Positions 9,207 through 19,845 of a DNA stretch of 64,000 bases are shown piece after piece (position 1 is the first letter of the stretch; the number at the start of each line of letters is the position of its first letter). Below the pieces are notes generated by a model that was not told where the DNA came from, ran no database searches, and worked only from the letters and a program-made list of their open reading frames with translations. The position numbers and the translations under genes are program-made. This stretch comes from Candidatus Moraniibacteriota bacterium (GTDB lineage: Bacteria > Patescibacteriota > Minisyncoccia > Moranbacterales > UBA1568), in assembly GCA_052035095.1 (NCBI GenBank), contig JBPOHW010000007.1, positions 1,705 through 65,704 of the forward strand. The letters are read 5' to 3'.

Positions 9207-11132
9207 TCATTTCTCTCCCCCGATCCGCACCAATTCTCCCGCCAATCGCTTTTCTTCGTCCGTGTCGCCACGCTCGTGCGCGGCGCGCATGGCGCGCTCG
9301 AGGGACTCCATTTCCTCTTTGCGAAGCGTCTCAACGAGATGTCTCCATGTCGTGTCAAAAAACACGCGCACTTTTTTGATATCCGCCTCTTCGATTTGCT
9401 CGGGAAGCTGGAGCATTTTCTCTCCGTGAAACGCAAGTTCCGCGGCGTCTTTCTTGATCTCCTCAGGAAGCTTCGCAAACGAAAACGTCTCCGATGTTTC
9501 ACCCGCGAGAAAGGCGAGAAACGGCATTCTCGAGACAAACGAAAACACCCGTTCTGAAACGCCCTCAAGCGGAAGTGGGAGAAGCGCCGGACACGCGAGA
9601 AGGAGCGCCGCGATATCCTTCCCCAATTTTTCCGACAGCGTTTCAAACGACGCGCGCGAAAGAGAAGTCTCATCTTTTGAAACATCGGGAGAAGACTCAT
9701 GAAAAGAAGTTGGAACCGGTTTCAAATTTTTGAGAAGCGAGAGAAGTGTTCGTTCCGCGACGCCGATCCGATCGGCGAGCGTGTGCACCCAATGCGCCTG
9801 CTCGATATGTTGCGGGATGAGCCGCACCAGTTCCAAGAAGTCTTCCGCGATATATCGCTTCCCTTCCGCCGTTTTCGCGTCATGTGTTTTGAGGGAAGCG
9901 TTCAAAAAATATTCCGGCGCCGGTACGGGATTCGAAACCGCAGTATGAAGAGCCTCCACGTTTTCGCGCGCCATTTCCGCCGCGTCTTTCCCGGAGGGAA
10001 GCGACACGATCGAAACCGAAAACCCGAGCGCGATCGCCATCTCCGCACTCTTTCTCGCCGCCTTTTGCCCCGCGGAGTCCATATCGAAGAAAAGCCGGAG
10101 CGTCTCCGTGGAGCGCTTCACGATGCGGAGTTGTTCTTCCGTGAGCGCCGTCCCCGACACCGCGATCGTATTCGCGAATCCCGCCTGATGCATCGCGATC
10201 ACGTCCATATTTCCCTCCACGAAAAGCGCGTAGCCCTTCTCGCGAATCGCCTGCCGCGCGAGGAATACCCCATAGAGCGCCCGCGACTTGTGATACACTA
10301 CCGTCTCCGGCGTATTGATATACTTTGCCGACGCTTCATCCGCCCCCGGCAGAACCCGCGCCGAAAACCCGATCACCCTTCCCACCGCATCCAAAACCGG
10401 AAACGTCACCCGATCCCGAAAACGGTCGTATGTGCCGGCTTTCAGCTTTCGGCTTTCAGCTTTCAGCTCTTGAGTATTCTCTCCTTGCTGACTGCTGACT
10501 GCTGACTGCTGACTGCCGGACTTTAGGACAACCATCCCCCCCGCTTCTATCTCCTCCAAGGAAAAACCTTTGCTCGTCAAAAAATCCGAGAGCGTCCGCC
10601 AACCCGGAAGCGCGTAGCCCAATCGAAACGCGCGAATACTCTCATCTGAAATCCCGCGACCGCGCAAATACGGAAGCGCTTTCTTTTTTCCCTCGCCGTC
10701 CCACAATTGCTTCTCAAAAAACTTCGATGAAAGATCCAGCATTTTGAACACTCTCTCCTTGGCAACACCAGTAGATTCGATTTCATCCACATTACTCATC
10801 GCGCCAGAGAAAACATCGCCCGCGCTCGAGCCACCAAATCGCCGTCCGCGTTTTTCAAGAACAACACCCGCGCGCTCCGCGAGGAGCGCGAGCGCCTCCG
10901 GAAACGAGAGTCCGTCCATCTCCATCACAAACGAAAAAATATCCCCGCCTTTGTTGCACCCGAAGCAATGCCAGCTCGCCCGTTCCTCATTCACGATGAA
11001 GGACGGTGACTTCTCGTGGTGAAATGGGCAAAGTCCCTTCCAACTCACCCCCACCTTGGTGAGCTGCATATACCCGCCAATCACTTCCCGGACAGAGAGC
11101 CTCGCTTTGATGTCTTCGACTTCGGTATTCAT
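9207..11132 (-). CDS. dnaG: DNA primase
   Basis: CPFHHEKSPSF..WHCFGC zinc finger, YDRFRDRVTFP, KYINTPET, TOPRIM VEGNMDV / FDMDSAG. Confidence 0.97.
   Translation of the reverse strand: MNTEVEDIKARLSVREVIGGYMQLTKVGVSWKGLCPFHHEKSPSFIVNEERASWHCFGCNKGGDIFSFVMEMDGLSFPEALALLAERAGVVLEKRGRRFGGSSAGDVFSGAMSNVDEIESTGVAKERVFKMLDLSSKFFEKQLWDGEGKKKALPYLRGRGISDESIRAFRLGYALPGWRTLSDFLTSKGFSLEEIEAGGMVVLKSGSQQSAVSSQQGENTQELKAESRKLKAGTYDRFRDRVTFPVLDAVGRVIGFSARVLPGADEASAKYINTPETVVYHKSRALYGVFLARQAIREKGYALFVEGNMDVIAMHQAGFANTIAVSGTALTEEQLRIVKRSTETLRLFFDMDSAGQKAARKSAEMAIALGFSVSIVSLPSGKDAAEMARENVEALHTAVSNPVPAPEYFLNASLKTHDAKTAEGKRYIAEDFLELVRLIPQHIEQAHWVHTLADRIGVAERTLLSLLKNLKPVPTSFHESSPDVSKDETSLSRASFETLSEKLGKDIAALLLACPALLPLPLEGVSERVFSFVSRMPFLAFLAGETSETFSFAKLPEEIKKDAAELAFHGEKMLQLPEQIEEADIKKVRVFFDTTWRHLVETLRKEEMESLERAMRAAHERGDTDEEKRLAGELVRIGGEK
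10438..10517. repeat. 7-nt tandem repeats inserted in frame in dnaG
   Basis: (GCTTTCA/G)x4 and (TGCTGAC)x4, encoding SQQSAVSSQQ..ELKAESRKLKA. Confidence 0.9.
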
Positions 11133-11234
11133 AGGTTCAGCCTAGCGCGTTTAGGAAAGAAAAATCAAGAGAAACAAAAAACCCGAACGAAAAACGAACG
11201 GGAACCTCTTCGAGAGATTTTTGTCACAATTTCG

Positions 11235-11750
11235 CTACGCTCCCAACACCACGACTATGGGTGCGGTTTTGGCTTCGGGAATTTTGGTGTCTTCAACCGG
11301 CTTTGCCGTGACGCCTTTGTACTCTTTGAGGAGGAGGAGCTGAAGAGCTTTCACCTCATCCGCCATGGAAGCGGAATAATAGATCACAATGCCGGTATTC
11401 GAACCGTTCACATTGCCCGCTTCGGCCTTGATATAGCCGTTTTGTTTGAGGTAGGTCGCCATCTTCCCCGCGCTCCCGCCCGCGGCGCCGCCATTCAAAA
11501 CCTTGATTACCACGGTTGCCGGCGCGTCCGGCTTCACCGGTGCGGATTCCTCTTCCGTTTCTTTCTCAGAATCATCCTTCTTATTGTCCTCCTCCTTGAC
11601 GACACTTTCCGATAAATTTTCCGGCGTGAAATTCGCGATGGACGGTCGCGGATCCGAAGCTTCTTTTTGCCCCTCACGATAGCGAAGCCCAAGAGCGATA
11701 CCGCCCCCAACCACCGCAAACACGAGAAGCGCAATGAAAATTTCTTTCAT
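11235..11750 (-). CDS. LytR C-terminal domain membrane protein
   Basis: TM anchor, then IKVLNGGAAGGSAG..L...GY...GN and the C-terminal IVVVLG. Confidence 0.85.
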   Translation of the reverse strand: MKEIFIALLVFAVVGGGIALGLRYREGQKEASDPRPSIANFTPENLSESVVKEEDNKKDDSEKETEEESAPVKPDAPATVVIKVLNGGAAGGSAGKMATYLKQNGYIKAEAGNVNGSNTGIVIYYSASMADEVKALQLLLLKEYKGVTAKPVEDTKIPEAKTAPIVVVLGA

Positions 11751-11757
11751 AAAAATG

Positions 11758-11828
11758 AGCGAGAGACGAGAATCGAACTCGCGTCCTAAGCTTGGGAAGC
11801 TTATGTACTACCATTGTACTACTCTCGC
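11758..11828 (-). tRNA. tRNA-Gly(CCC), CCA not encoded
   Basis: GCGAGAG/CTCTCGC acceptor stem, anticodon loop TTCCCAA, GTTCGATTC T-loop. Confidence 0.95.
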
Positions 11829-11941
11829 GTTTCTTCCTCCATCCTATCACCCTGCCCCTGGAATTTCAAGGGAAATGTTCTCCAAATCACGGCTTCGTGA
11901 TAGTATGGGAAAGTTAGAGTTCATTCATCACCCGAAAGTGC

Positions 11942-12113
11942 TTTCAAAACTTCCGCCTGCGACAAAGAGAAAGAAATTAACGGAGGGGCGGGCAGGCCTG
12001 CGAAAACCACAAATGAAAGCTTCTTTGGGAGGTTATTTCTCTCCAGGACACACAATCTCACCTACCAAGCCCCGGAGCATTTCTTGAACGTGTCACAGGC
12101 GAAAGCTTTGAAA
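11942..12113. repeat. structured repeat family A, copy 2
   Basis: Same core; 23-bp arms 11942-11964 / 12091-12113 with 3 mismatches, all G-T on the minus strand. Confidence 0.9.
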
Positions 12114-12139
12114 AACCGTAATAAAAACATTGTTCTCTC

Positions 12140-13594
12140 ATGAACATCTCAGAAAAAATCATTCCCGCGTGGCTCACCAAAAAACGCCTCATTTGGAGCG
12201 GCATCGTTCTCGCTGTTCTCGGAGGGGGGTTTTTCGTCTTCTTTTACGGAAAATCACATACCACCGAAATCGCCACCAGCACCCTCGCTGTCTTTGAAAA
12301 AGTTTCGAAGCTCCTCCCGCTCGAACCCGATACCAAAAAAGAAATCGAGGTAGTCAACACGCTCGTTCAAGAACTCACTGTGAAAGACGACAAGACCCGC
12401 GTCTTTTTTCTCCTCCTCCAAAACAACTTCGAGCTCCGTCCGGGCGGCGGATTCTTGGGACAGTACGCCGTCGTCAAAATCAAAAACGGCGAGCTCGTGT
12501 CGCACTTCGTTGAGGACGCCAACCTCCTCGATCAGCGCATCAAAAACGCGGGCATCAAAGTAACGCCCCCATGGCCGCTCACCCGCTATATGCAGCTCAA
12601 GCGCTGGATGCTTCGCGACTCCAACTTCTCCCCCGACTTCCCAACCAACGCCCAGAAGGCGGAATATTTCTATCGCCTGGGTGGCGGACGCGAGAAGTTT
12701 GACGCCGTGATCGCGGTCAACGCCGATGTGCTCGATCATGTCCTCGCGCTCACCGGTCCCATCACCGTCCCCGGCTACTCCGGCACCTACTCCTCCGAAG
12801 GTGGCGCGCTCAAACTCGAAGAGGCCGTCGAAAAAGCCTATCTCGGCGATGACGTTCCCGCGGAGGTAAAAGAGGGTCGCAAAAACATTATGAAGAAACT
12901 CGCCGCGGAAATCTTGAAACGTCTCGCCACCGTCAACAATATCCCCAAAATCGCCACCCTCGCCCAGGAAGAGCTACGCAACAAAAACATTCAGCTTTTC
13001 TTCCACGATAGTAAATTGCAAGCGCTCGTCGAGAGCGTCCACTGGGACGGATCCGTCGCCAAAAACTGGAACGGCGACTTCCTTATGGTAGTCGACGCCA
13101 ATATGGGTGCCCTCAAAAGCGATTATTTCGTAAAGCGCTCTCTCGATTATTTTGTCGACTTTACCGCCGGAGCGCGCCCCAAGGCAACCGTCACCTATAC
13201 CTATAATCATACCGCTCCGGGCGGTGACTGGCGAACGAGCGACTATCACACCTACACCCGCATTTATGCTCCCAAAGGCTCAACCTATGTCGACAACAGC
13301 CGCGTCAAAACCGGTGGCGTCGGCGCCCAAGACGACACCGCGTTCAACAAGACCGTCTTCGGTTACAAGGTGGACGTCCTTATGCGACAGACGCTTCCCA
13401 CGGGCATCTCCTACGAACTCCCCGAGACCGTCACGGAAGAAAATTATCGCCTCCTCATCCAAAAACAATCCGGCATCGGCACCCTCCCCGCAACCATCCG
13501 CCTCAAAACCTCAAAAGGCGAATTCACCGCCACCTACGATCTCAAAAAAGACCTCGCCCTCGAGATCAAAGAAATAGAAGAGCAGAAGAAATAA
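12140..13594 (+). CDS. DUF4012 domain membrane protein
   Basis: LLLQNNFELRPGGGFLGQY, RDSNFSPDFP, DANMGALKSD, QKQSG. Confidence 0.88.
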   Translation: MNISEKIIPAWLTKKRLIWSGIVLAVLGGGFFVFFYGKSHTTEIATSTLAVFEKVSKLLPLEPDTKKEIEVVNTLVQELTVKDDKTRVFFLLLQNNFELRPGGGFLGQYAVVKIKNGELVSHFVEDANLLDQRIKNAGIKVTPPWPLTRYMQLKRWMLRDSNFSPDFPTNAQKAEYFYRLGGGREKFDAVIAVNADVLDHVLALTGPITVPGYSGTYSSEGGALKLEEAVEKAYLGDDVPAEVKEGRKNIMKKLAAEILKRLATVNNIPKIATLAQEELRNKNIQLFFHDSKLQALVESVHWDGSVAKNWNGDFLMVVDANMGALKSDYFVKRSLDYFVDFTAGARPKATVTYTYNHTAPGGDWRTSDYHTYTRIYAPKGSTYVDNSRVKTGGVGAQDDTAFNKTVFGYKVDVLMRQTLPTGISYELPETVTEENYRLLIQKQSGIGTLPATIRLKTSKGEFTATYDLKKDLALEIKEIEEQKK

Positions 13595-13602
13595 AAGAAA
13601 TT

Positions 13603-13788
13603 CAGGACTTCCACATTTGTCAAACCTGCCTGCCGGTAGGCAGGGGGAGAGAAATCAACGGAGGGGCGGGCAGACTTACAAAAAACGCGAGAGAAAGCTT
13701 CTTTGGGAGGTTATTTACATCCATAACACAAAAACTCACCTACCAAGCCCCGGAGCATTTCTCGAACGTGACAAATGTGGAAGTCCTG
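13603..13788. repeat. structured repeat family A, copy 3 (with nested palindrome)
   Basis: Perfect 20-bp arms 13603-13622 / 13769-13788; CCTGCCTGCCGGTAGGCAGG at 13625-13644. Confidence 0.9.
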
Positions 13789-13872
13789 GAATCACTCAAA
13801 AATTTCGGGGCTTTTTTTTCGTACGAATGTATGCAAGAATACGGGGTATAATCCCTTTTTTGACAGACCCCT

Positions 13873-15621
13873 ATGGAAACGACACCGATCGAAACCATCC
13901 GCCACTCGCTCGCGCATCTCCTCGCGATGAGCATTCTCGAACTCGACCCCAAGGCAAAACTCGGCACCGGTCCATCAACCGACACCGGCTTCTTCTATGA
14001 CTTTGAGTTTTCAAAAGAAAAACCTGTCTCGGAAAACGATTTCAAGTCGATCGAAAAAATCATACGGAAACTCATCAATAAAAAGATTGATTTCACTCGC
14101 GAAGAAATATCCGAAACCGAAGCGAAAAAACGCTTCAAAGATCAACCCTACAAACTCGAACTCATCAAAGAAATCGCCAAGCGCGGCGAAACGATCTCCC
14201 TCTACAAAACAGGTGATTTCGTCGACCTCTGCGAAGGTCCGCACGTCAAAAATACCGGAGAGATTCCCGCCGACGCGTTCAAGCTCACCCGCATTGCCGG
14301 CGCGTATTGGAAGAGCGACGAATCAAAGACACAACTCACGCGCATCACCGGCATCGCCTTTGAAAGCAAAGCCACGCTCGAAAAGTACCAGTGGCAACAG
14401 GAAGAAGCGAAGAAACGGGATCACCGAAAGCTCGGTGCGGAACTTGAGCTCTTCACCTTTGATGATCAGGTTGGTCCCGGACTTCCCCTGTGGCTCCCCA
14501 AGGGAACCGTGATTGCGGATGAACTTGAAATGCTTGCCAAAGAAACCGAAACGAGAGCGGGGTACCTCCGCGTCCGCACGCCACACATCGCCAAAGACGC
14601 ACTCTACCAAACAAGTGGACATCTCCCTTACTACGAAGACAGTATGTTCCCGCCGATGGAATACGAGGGTGAGAAATACTATTTGAAAGCCATGAATTGC
14701 CCGCACCATCACAAGATTTTCGCCGCGAGTCCAAAAAGTTACCGTGATCTTCCACTTCGACTCGCCGAGTACGGCACCGTCTATCGCCATGAAAAGTCCG
14801 GCGAACTTTTCGGTCTTATGCGCGTCCGTATGATGCAGATGAACGACGCGCATATTTATTGCACCGAAGAACAATTCGCGGAAGAATTTCGCGCCGTGAA
14901 TGATCTCTATCTCCACTATTTCAAAATCTTTGGTATCGAAAAATACCTGATGCGATTCTCGACTCACTCGATCGAAAAACTCGGAAAGAAATATGTGAAC
15001 GAGCCGGAGCTTTGGAAAAAAACCGAAGATATGGTACGAACCGTCCTCAAAGAATCCAACATTCCCTTCGTGGAAATCCCGGATGAAGCTGCCTTTTACG
15101 GACCAAAAATCGATGTGCAGGTCTGGAGCGCCATCGGTCGAGAATTCACGCTCGCGACCAATCAAGTCGATTTCGCCGTCCCCGCCCGATTCGGTCTCAC
15201 CTATACCGATTCGGAAGGGCAGAGGCAAACACCGCTCTGCATTCATCGCGCGCCTCTCGGCACACATGAGCGATTTATCGGTTTTCTGATCGAGCACTAT
15301 GCTGGCGCTTTCCCTTTCTGGCTCTCTCCTGTCCAAATTGCGATTCTTCCGATCGGCGAAACGCATGAGAAATACGCCGAAGAACTTGCCAAAACATTCC
15401 GCAACGAAAGCTTCCGTGTCGAAATACACACCGACGAAAGCCTCGGCAAGCGCATCCGTGAAACTAAGATACACAAAATCCCCTACACCCTCGTCGTTGG
15501 CGACCAAGAAATCGAATCCAAAACCGCCTCTGTCGAGTCACGAGACACTGGAAAAATCGGCACACTTTCGATCGAAGAAATTTTAAACCGACTCCGAAAA
15601 GAACGAGATAATCGACAGTAG
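13873..15621 (+). CDS. thrS: threonine--tRNA ligase
   Basis: RHSLAHLL, DLCEGPHV, KRDHRKLG, MNCPHH, GLMRVR, AAFYGPKID, IHRAPLGTHERF. Confidence 0.98.
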   Translation: METTPIETIRHSLAHLLAMSILELDPKAKLGTGPSTDTGFFYDFEFSKEKPVSENDFKSIEKIIRKLINKKIDFTREEISETEAKKRFKDQPYKLELIKEIAKRGETISLYKTGDFVDLCEGPHVKNTGEIPADAFKLTRIAGAYWKSDESKTQLTRITGIAFESKATLEKYQWQQEEAKKRDHRKLGAELELFTFDDQVGPGLPLWLPKGTVIADELEMLAKETETRAGYLRVRTPHIAKDALYQTSGHLPYYEDSMFPPMEYEGEKYYLKAMNCPHHHKIFAASPKSYRDLPLRLAEYGTVYRHEKSGELFGLMRVRMMQMNDAHIYCTEEQFAEEFRAVNDLYLHYFKIFGIEKYLMRFSTHSIEKLGKKYVNEPELWKKTEDMVRTVLKESNIPFVEIPDEAAFYGPKIDVQVWSAIGREFTLATNQVDFAVPARFGLTYTDSEGQRQTPLCIHRAPLGTHERFIGFLIEHYAGAFPFWLSPVQIAILPIGETHEKYAEELAKTFRNESFRVEIHTDESLGKRIRETKIHKIPYTLVVGDQEIESKTASVESRDTGKIGTLSIEEILNRLRKERDNRQ

Positions 15622-15673
15622 ACAAAGTATCACTTTCGCAGTACGATTACAGCGTAATTCGTAAAAAAACAGT

Positions 15674-15949
15674 ATGGAAAAGATGTTCGAAGTTCATCAG
15701 GAAACAGAAGGAATTTCTGAAGTGATACTGAAAAAAGTACTCGAACGAGTACAAAAAGAACAAGAAAAAAACGCTACATACTTAAATGTCTCAGATTTTC
15801 TCAATGCGAATGAAGAAGCAAGGAACATTTATCAGGAATACTCCACAAAAAAATTTCCCGATGAAAGTTCTCAAAAAGAGGCTTTGCAGAAACTTGTGAC
15901 GGATCTCGCCACCACCTACGAAAATATGGAGGGGAAGATGATGAACTGA
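15674..15949 (+). CDS. small acidic hypothetical protein
   Basis: 91-aa ORF followed by a terminator. Confidence 0.5.
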   Translation: MEKMFEVHQETEGISEVILKKVLERVQKEQEKNATYLNVSDFLNANEEARNIYQEYSTKKFPDESSQKEALQKLVTDLATTYENMEGKMMN

Positions 15950-15982
15950 CCAAAGCATCACGGATATCTCGCTTACATGTTT

Positions 15983-16012
15983 CAAAAAAACTCCCCTCTC
16001 GGGGAGTTTTTG
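15983..16012. terminator. bidirectional intrinsic terminator
   Basis: CAAAAAAACTCCCC-TCTC-GGGGAGTTTTTG between convergent genes. Confidence 0.75.
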
Positions 16013-16048
16013 CTTTTGCCTCATTCCTCATTCTTTATTCCTTATTCT

Positions 16049-16972
16049 TCATTCCTGTTTCCCCATCTCCACTCTCGACTTCCAAAAAAAGTACCCAACA
16101 ACGACAAAGGTAATGAACGGCGCCACGAAGGGCGGCACATGCGCGCCAAAAGCTTCGAGGAGCATAATCGTACCGAGCGACAAGACCGAATACATCGCGC
16201 CGTTTTTGAGATAGGCATATTGTTTGATGCGCTCGATATTTCCGATCGTAAATTGTCGCACCGCCAAAGCGCCCAAGCTGTTCCCGATCAAAATGAGCGG
16301 CACCGAAAAGGTGAACGCAAACGCGCCCAACACGCCATCGATCGAAAATGTCGTATCAATCGCTTCGAGATAGAGGAGTTTGCTGATATCGGAAAGCGGT
16401 CGCTTCGAATCGAGCAGTTTCCGCTCACTCTCTTCCGCTTGTTGTTTGAATCCGTGCGTAATGAAGAACGCCGTCGACCCCACCACCGCGCCAAACGCGG
16501 CAAAAGGATTTTCCCCAATCGAAAACCACACGACTCCCGAGAGAATAACCGACACTACCGCATAGAACCACACACCTTGTGAATGAAAGAATTTTTCTCC
16601 GATGAGCCCATACTGTTTCTCCTCCATAAAGAGCCAGTGGAAAAACAAAAAGATCAAGAAAATGCCGCCTCCCATAAGGAGAATCGGCGCCGCCTTTTCA
16701 ACCGCCGCAACCACCGACGGATCGCTCGAGAGGGTTGAGGTAAATGCCTCAACGGGACCAAGCCCCGGCACCGAAAGCCACACAATAAGCCACGGCAAAA
16801 GCCCCCTAACAACAAAGACCGCAAAGAAAAGTCCCCAGGTGAGAAACCATTTTCGGGCACGCTCCCCCATCGTCCCCAACACCTGCGCGTTGATAATCGC
16901 GTTGTCAACGCTCGACACCGTCTCAAAGAGAAAGAGCCCGAGCACCACCAACACAAGAGAAAAAATATCCAT
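16049..16972 (-). CDS. DUF475 / TerC-family membrane protein
   Basis: ETVSSVDNAIINA, WFLTWG, LYLEAIDTTFSIDGVLGAFA, YLKNGAMYS; multiple TM helices. Confidence 0.88.
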   Translation of the reverse strand: MDIFSLVLVVLGLFLFETVSSVDNAIINAQVLGTMGERARKWFLTWGLFFAVFVVRGLLPWLIVWLSVPGLGPVEAFTSTLSSDPSVVAAVEKAAPILLMGGGIFLIFLFFHWLFMEEKQYGLIGEKFFHSQGVWFYAVVSVILSGVVWFSIGENPFAAFGAVVGSTAFFITHGFKQQAEESERKLLDSKRPLSDISKLLYLEAIDTTFSIDGVLGAFAFTFSVPLILIGNSLGALAVRQFTIGNIERIKQYAYLKNGAMYSVLSLGTIMLLEAFGAHVPPFVAPFITFVVVGYFFWKSRVEMGKQE

Positions 16973-17068
16973 AGGATGGATAATAGCAAAAAATGCAAAA
17001 AAGAAAAACCCTATTCCGAACATTCTCGAAACAGGGTTTTTGAAAAATCACCTGTACTTTTCTTGCCG

Positions 17069-18814
17069 CTACTTCATACGCACATGCCAGACGGCGCCAT
17101 CCTTGATGTAGAGGACTTTGTCGCCCCATACACCAAGAATCATATCGGTCGTGATCATTCGATCCGTTACCGAACGCTGTTGCTTGTTTGTCGGAACATA
17201 AACATCCATTTTGCCATCTTCGACAATCGCCACCTGAACACACCCAGCCGCCTTTGGAACAAGGGCAATGTTCAAACTCTGCGCATCTGTCACGCCGCTC
17301 CAGTACTCGTATCCGCTATAATCCGGCTTCATCGTCAATTCAATTTTTCGATAGTCACCATTTTTATCGGCGGCGATAATTGAAATGAATCCATTTCCGG
17401 ATCGAGCGGCTATCGGTCGAAGCCCATCCAATTCCTTAACACGAACTGTTCTGCATAACCCCGCTCCAAATGGGGCTACGATAAACATCGCACCAATGGC
17501 ATCCGTCACTCCAATGCCATCAAACCACCTCGTGGAATTAACAAGGACATCTACTGCCTTACCAGCACTTATCAACGGTCCCCTTGCCACGAGAAAAAAA
17601 GAAATCTCAACCAAACTTTGACTCGCCACAACAAACAGTCGATTTTCATATCGAACAACTCGTTGTCCTGCCGTTTGAAATGGAATAGGAGTTTCTTTTT
17701 GATGTTGCGATTTTCCGATATAGGAAAATGCGACACTCCCTCCTTTCATCTCCCCGACGAGCCATCCCTTCTCTACCGAGACCACTTCGCAATCTGTCGA
17801 ATGATTTCCCCCAATACGTTGCTTCGTGGAAAGATCCACAAGGGATCCATCTGACAAGAGAACAACGCCACAGGAAAACATCCGAACAACCTTTACTTGT
17901 GAGTCGGCAAAGATTTTCTCGAAGATAAGCGCTCCTTGCCCGCTCGTTACAACACGGAGAACCCGACCTGCCGCCGTTACCGCCACACCCACTGCAAACG
18001 GCGAAGGCATTTCGCTTCTTTCCCCGTTTTGAAACGTGGCAATGTACCAATCCAGCAGCGAACTGGGAATCTTATACGGATCCCGCACCGCCGCATTGAG
18101 CCGCACACCCGTCGTAAAAACAGATTTATTGTCTTGCATCCGTTTTACGAGGTCCTTGCGCGCGTATCCATCAAGCGTCCCTTTGTACGGATGAATTCCG
18201 GTATACAACTGAAAGGTAACAATACCCACCGAGAACCAATCCGACGCAGACGTAAATCCATTTGCGTGGTAGTCTCGAATGGACGGCATAATCACTGATG
18301 CCCCCCACTGATCAATCGCCCACGCGTCAACATCAATAGCGGAAACTTCAGGCTTCCCTTTCCCACTCCAATAAAGCAACCAATTGAGTTCGTTTGGATC
18401 GACAAGCGTGGCACCGCCACCATGCGCCGCAAGGGCAATTTCCCTCATCTGATGAACGGCGTCATTTGTTTCCTTATCCCCAAACCCAACCTGTTGCCTA
18501 TGATCCGTTGTGAAAAACGGCGGCAACATCATTCCCTCAACATACGGCGCCCAGTAACCAATCGGCTGACCTCCGACAATCGCCAGGCCTTTCGGTCCGG
18601 CGATATGCGGATGATTGATGTTGGCAAGAAGCCTGAATTTCTCCGGCATTCTGTCGTGCCGCATTTTTTGGTCATCCGCATACACCTTGACGACCGTATC
18701 CACATCTGCGCGGTAGACAGATCCTTCACCGCCTGTGGCGATATGATTCTGATCTGTCAGTACAACATCCTTATGATGTTCGAGTGATACTTTCAACACC
18801 TTTCCTTTAGCCAT
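17069..18814 (-). CDS. Ser/Thr protein kinase (YegI/TerY-P type) with a beta-rich C-terminal domain
   Basis: GGEGSVY Gly-loop, VVKVY Lys, LVDPNELN catalytic loop, IDVDAW, SDWFS..FQLYTGIHPYKG; SD GAGGAGG before MAKGK. Confidence 0.85.
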   Translation of the reverse strand: MAKGKVLKVSLEHHKDVVLTDQNHIATGGEGSVYRADVDTVVKVYADDQKMRHDRMPEKFRLLANINHPHIAGPKGLAIVGGQPIGYWAPYVEGMMLPPFFTTDHRQQVGFGDKETNDAVHQMREIALAAHGGGATLVDPNELNWLLYWSGKGKPEVSAIDVDAWAIDQWGASVIMPSIRDYHANGFTSASDWFSVGIVTFQLYTGIHPYKGTLDGYARKDLVKRMQDNKSVFTTGVRLNAAVRDPYKIPSSLLDWYIATFQNGERSEMPSPFAVGVAVTAAGRVLRVVTSGQGALIFEKIFADSQVKVVRMFSCGVVLLSDGSLVDLSTKQRIGGNHSTDCEVVSVEKGWLVGEMKGGSVAFSYIGKSQHQKETPIPFQTAGQRVVRYENRLFVVASQSLVEISFFLVARGPLISAGKAVDVLVNSTRWFDGIGVTDAIGAMFIVAPFGAGLCRTVRVKELDGLRPIAARSGNGFISIIAADKNGDYRKIELTMKPDYSGYEYWSGVTDAQSLNIALVPKAAGCVQVAIVEDGKMDVYVPTNKQQRSVTDRMITTDMILGVWGDKVLYIKDGAVWHVRMK

Positions 18815-19739
18815 GGGAAATGCCCTCCTCATTCACAAAAGAATTCACATAAATTGCCGCGCACGCGAGATCGTCGAGCGGCCCATTGCCTGTCTTTTGC
18901 CAGGTCTTGGCCTGCCGCATCACGCGACGCGTCACAAACTGACCAGCCATCTGCTTGAATGCCAAGAGGCACGAAACCGCATCCTTCCAGTCCACGCCAT
19001 CTACTTGCATCACGCCATCAGAGAAGACAGCAACACACCGAATGTCTCCGCGAATAAATTTTTCCCGATCGATCGGAATCACAACTCCATCCATCACGTC
19101 GCGAAAAACATGCACGATCGGCTCTTGCTGTTGAAACTCCCCACTCGCTGAAACATGCCATACTTGATGAATCGGACGTTCTACCAAGATATTCCCTCCA
19201 TGAAACTCTTGAAGAAACTGTGCAACTCCCTCTTGTCCATAGGACGGATAGAGCGGCGCACCAACCTCCATTCCATCAGCGCCTTTCCCTTTCCAATCGA
19301 ACCGATGCACCTCCATCGTCCCGTCCGTATATACAATAGCCGCAACGCCATCACCCTGTACACAAACAACTCCAGTATACGGCGTGAGAATAATCGTAAG
19401 GCACGTCGCCACCAAATCATTCGTTCGCAGACCGAGAGTCTCCCGAGCTGTTGCAAAATGAATCTGTTGACGCATGTGAAGATCAGTCGGAACGATCTGC
19501 CAATCCGGTTGTTCAATAACAAGACGGCTCTTCAAAATCACCGAGGTCGTCGAACGCGCGACAACTCGCGCGCCCACGTCAGTCTCTCCGCCCGTTGAAC
19601 ACCCATCAGCAACAACCGCTACCGCTACCGGATCCGATACTCCCGAAAAAGCATAATCCTGGCACGGCTTTCCGGCCGTGAGATGATCATGCCCGATACA
19701 GAAGTAATGGTCGGTTTCAAACTGAATAACTGTACTCAT
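18807..19739 (-). CDS. PP2C-family protein phosphatase (YegK/PphC-like)
   Basis: IGHDH..KPCQDYA, VVADGCS, QGDG, VFSDGV, DDLA motifs. Confidence 0.88.
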   Translation of the reverse strand: MSTVIQFETDHYFCIGHDHLTAGKPCQDYAFSGVSDPVAVAVVADGCSTGGETDVGARVVARSTTSVILKSRLVIEQPDWQIVPTDLHMRQQIHFATARETLGLRTNDLVATCLTIILTPYTGVVCVQGDGVAAIVYTDGTMEVHRFDWKGKGADGMEVGAPLYPSYGQEGVAQFLQEFHGGNILVERPIHQVWHVSASGEFQQQEPIVHVFRDVMDGVVIPIDREKFIRGDIRCVAVFSDGVMQVDGVDWKDAVSCLLAFKQMAGQFVTRRVMRQAKTWQKTGNGPLDDLACAAIYVNSFVNEEGISHG

Positions 19740-19845
19740 TAGTTCACACTCCACATCACAAAATCACAAAGAGAGAAAACGGCGAACGGGTTGTGGCCCG
19801 CCCGCCGTGTTATTTAACCTACACCTTTTCGACAGTCGATGACTT

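Noticed and set aside
2233-13788. Family A repeats as a CRISPR array
   Set aside because: Copies are dispersed kilobases apart, ~130 nt long, with no spacer periodicity and no cas genes.
14323-15507. Long antisense ORFs (also 22125-23474, 29551-30768, 33984-35405, 48552-50150, 59004-60662)
   Set aside because: They are shadows of well-supported genes on the opposite strand, expected from codon bias, and have no motifs.
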